NCBI RefSeq assembly: GCF_964355755.1
Contig: NC_092677.1
Location: forward strand, 3,060,101-3,124,100
DNA from: Antedon mediterranea
Taxonomy: Eukaryota > Animalia > Echinodermata
Reading direction: 5' to 3'
Length of the DNA stretch: 64,000 nt
Shown here: positions 62,301 through 64,000 of the stretch, piece after piece
How positions within the stretch are numbered: position 1 is the first letter of the stretch
Layout of the letters: every line of letters starts with the position of its first letter
Translations under genes and position numbers: made by a program
The notes under the pieces: model-generated
What the model was told of the DNA's origin: nothing
What the model saw: only the letters and a program-made list of their open reading frames with translations
The model's database searches: none

Positions 62301-64000
62301 GCATGGTGACGGAATTCTCGCCGATGTCTCATACCTGATCGAGTCTTTCACATTAAGTGTTTCTTGTGTATCAACACGGCCATTGTGCAGTCATGCATGA
62401 ATGACATTAGTGACATTACGTACACTAGGTCTGAATAAATGGACTTCTTTTAAATGGTTGACGTTTGTCGTCATATTCATACACACTATTTCTCATTAAA
62501 CTATTCTTAAATGTAACATTTTATCTGTGTTATAGACAAATCTATAAAAAGACCGACCAATAAAGAAAAACAAAATTAAGTTACAGACTGATGGTTTTCC
62601 GAAAGCGTATCAAAGATATCTAAAAGTAATAAAAAGAGCATTTAAAAGTTAAAACACGACAGTGTTCTACTCACGACGAGATATTTTTTGCGTCGACCAA
62701 CAGCTTTCAAGATGTAACGATATTGATTGCTTACTGACGGCCATAAATATTTAACAATCTCATGAAGAATTGATCTTTTAGTGTTTGCGATTTGCCTTTT
62801 AATGTAAAACGAGAAGTTATAAGTAAGCATCGCGTTTTTCTTTCGTAAGAGAGTCTACACATTATTTGATTGAGTGTGGTACATTGTGATTGCTCTAACA
62901 AACATCCTTAAGTGTTGTAATTAAGTTGTTAGTTTTTAACCTGATGGAGTTTGAGGTCAAATATATTGAGTTTGAGGTTAAATGTTTCATTTATTGATCG
63001 GTTCAATAGGTTTCTGATTGACAGAAATATTTCTTGACATTTTAAAATTTTGTCCTGTATGTTTGCTAAAATGTTTGTTGTTATTTTTTATAGTATTACG
63101 TCAATAAATCATAAAATTTATACAAAACTTCCTAATATGGATTGATTCTTAATGAATTCTCCACATTTGCTGAGTACACAGTAGCTAGCCTTTTGTAAAT
63201 ATTTTTATATATATATTTTTGCAATGATGAAGGTGTTGCCAGAAACCTCTGCAAATTTTCTGCCTGTTTTACTTTATCGTTAGTTGTTTTGCTTATTTTA
63301 TTTTGTATCTCCATTGAGATCCAGCCACTAATACCCACAGACTTGTCATTTTTTTCAGTAATTTTCCTTTTTATTATTATTGATTCAATATAAATCATTC
63401 ACGTTTCGTTTTTTTTAAGGCTTGCCTGACACAATATGTTGTTATCATCTTTTCGGGCTTCTGTCTTCACTCTCTGACTCAATCATTTTTTATTGCTTAG
63501 AATATTATTATTAGAATTATTATTTATCATTTATATGTACAGTTTGTTTGTCGGAGTAAAGTTCTGTATGTGTCTGTTTGTTTTATAACATTTATTTACA
63601 TACATACAAAGTATGTGTAAATATAACCGCTTATTTATTTGTTATTTTCTGTCAATACAGTATATATTGTTGTTGCCTATACATTTGAAATTGTTTGTGA
63701 AATTATATATTATAATACTTTACATAATATATAAATATGCACAATTATACTAAGCATAATATATAAACATATCTGTTATTGTTACCAGAACGAATGAAGG
63801 AAAATTTTGTTTAGCTCCTAGCAGAAATCAAATAACATATGCTGAAATAAATCAGCACGGAATATACCGCTTCTTATTGATTAGTTGCCATGGCAATCCC
63901 ATTAAAGTTCTGTTCTGTATTAAATAATCCAAAACAACAATGCGAGTAGGATCTAACGCTAACGGTAAAGATCCAACGCTAACGGTAAAGAGATACTGCA

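Noticed and set aside
62642-63398. Minus-strand ORFs as upstream junctophilin exons
   Set aside because: No MORN repeats (YxGxW) or helical-domain similarity, and no convincing splice pairs.

Overview
AT-rich, intron-containing animal genomic DNA (an invertebrate such as an echinoderm is my inference from sequence style and SINE types). I rebuilt eight spliced protein-coding genes by hand from GT-AG junctions: the 3' part of casein kinase II alpha (+), CFAP20 (-), SNRK (+), RBM39 (+), NOB1 (-), CHMP1A (+), TSSK4-like (-) and the 3' part of junctophilin (-, partly in frames the ORF track misses). Introns and spacers hold about 13 copies of one Tourist/Harbinger-like MITE, TTAA-flanked Kolobok-like elements, a pogo-like MITE, tRNA-derived SINEs, a CR1 3' fragment and several tandem arrays. 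One array is a very homogeneous 2.8-kb 35-bp satellite that produces the spurious 900-aa ORFs. I see no unambiguous new gene system. The most notable unexplained signals are: (i) tiny CAT...ATG palindromes between 7-bp direct repeats that look like P-element-type excision footprints; (ii) TAGGCCTA/CTAG-rich tracts concentrated in promoter-proximal first introns; (iii) several candidate poison exons in RBM39; (iv) homologous segments in consecutive introns; (v) a tRNA-like sequence inside a TTAA-flanked element. All family assignments are from recognition, not database searches.
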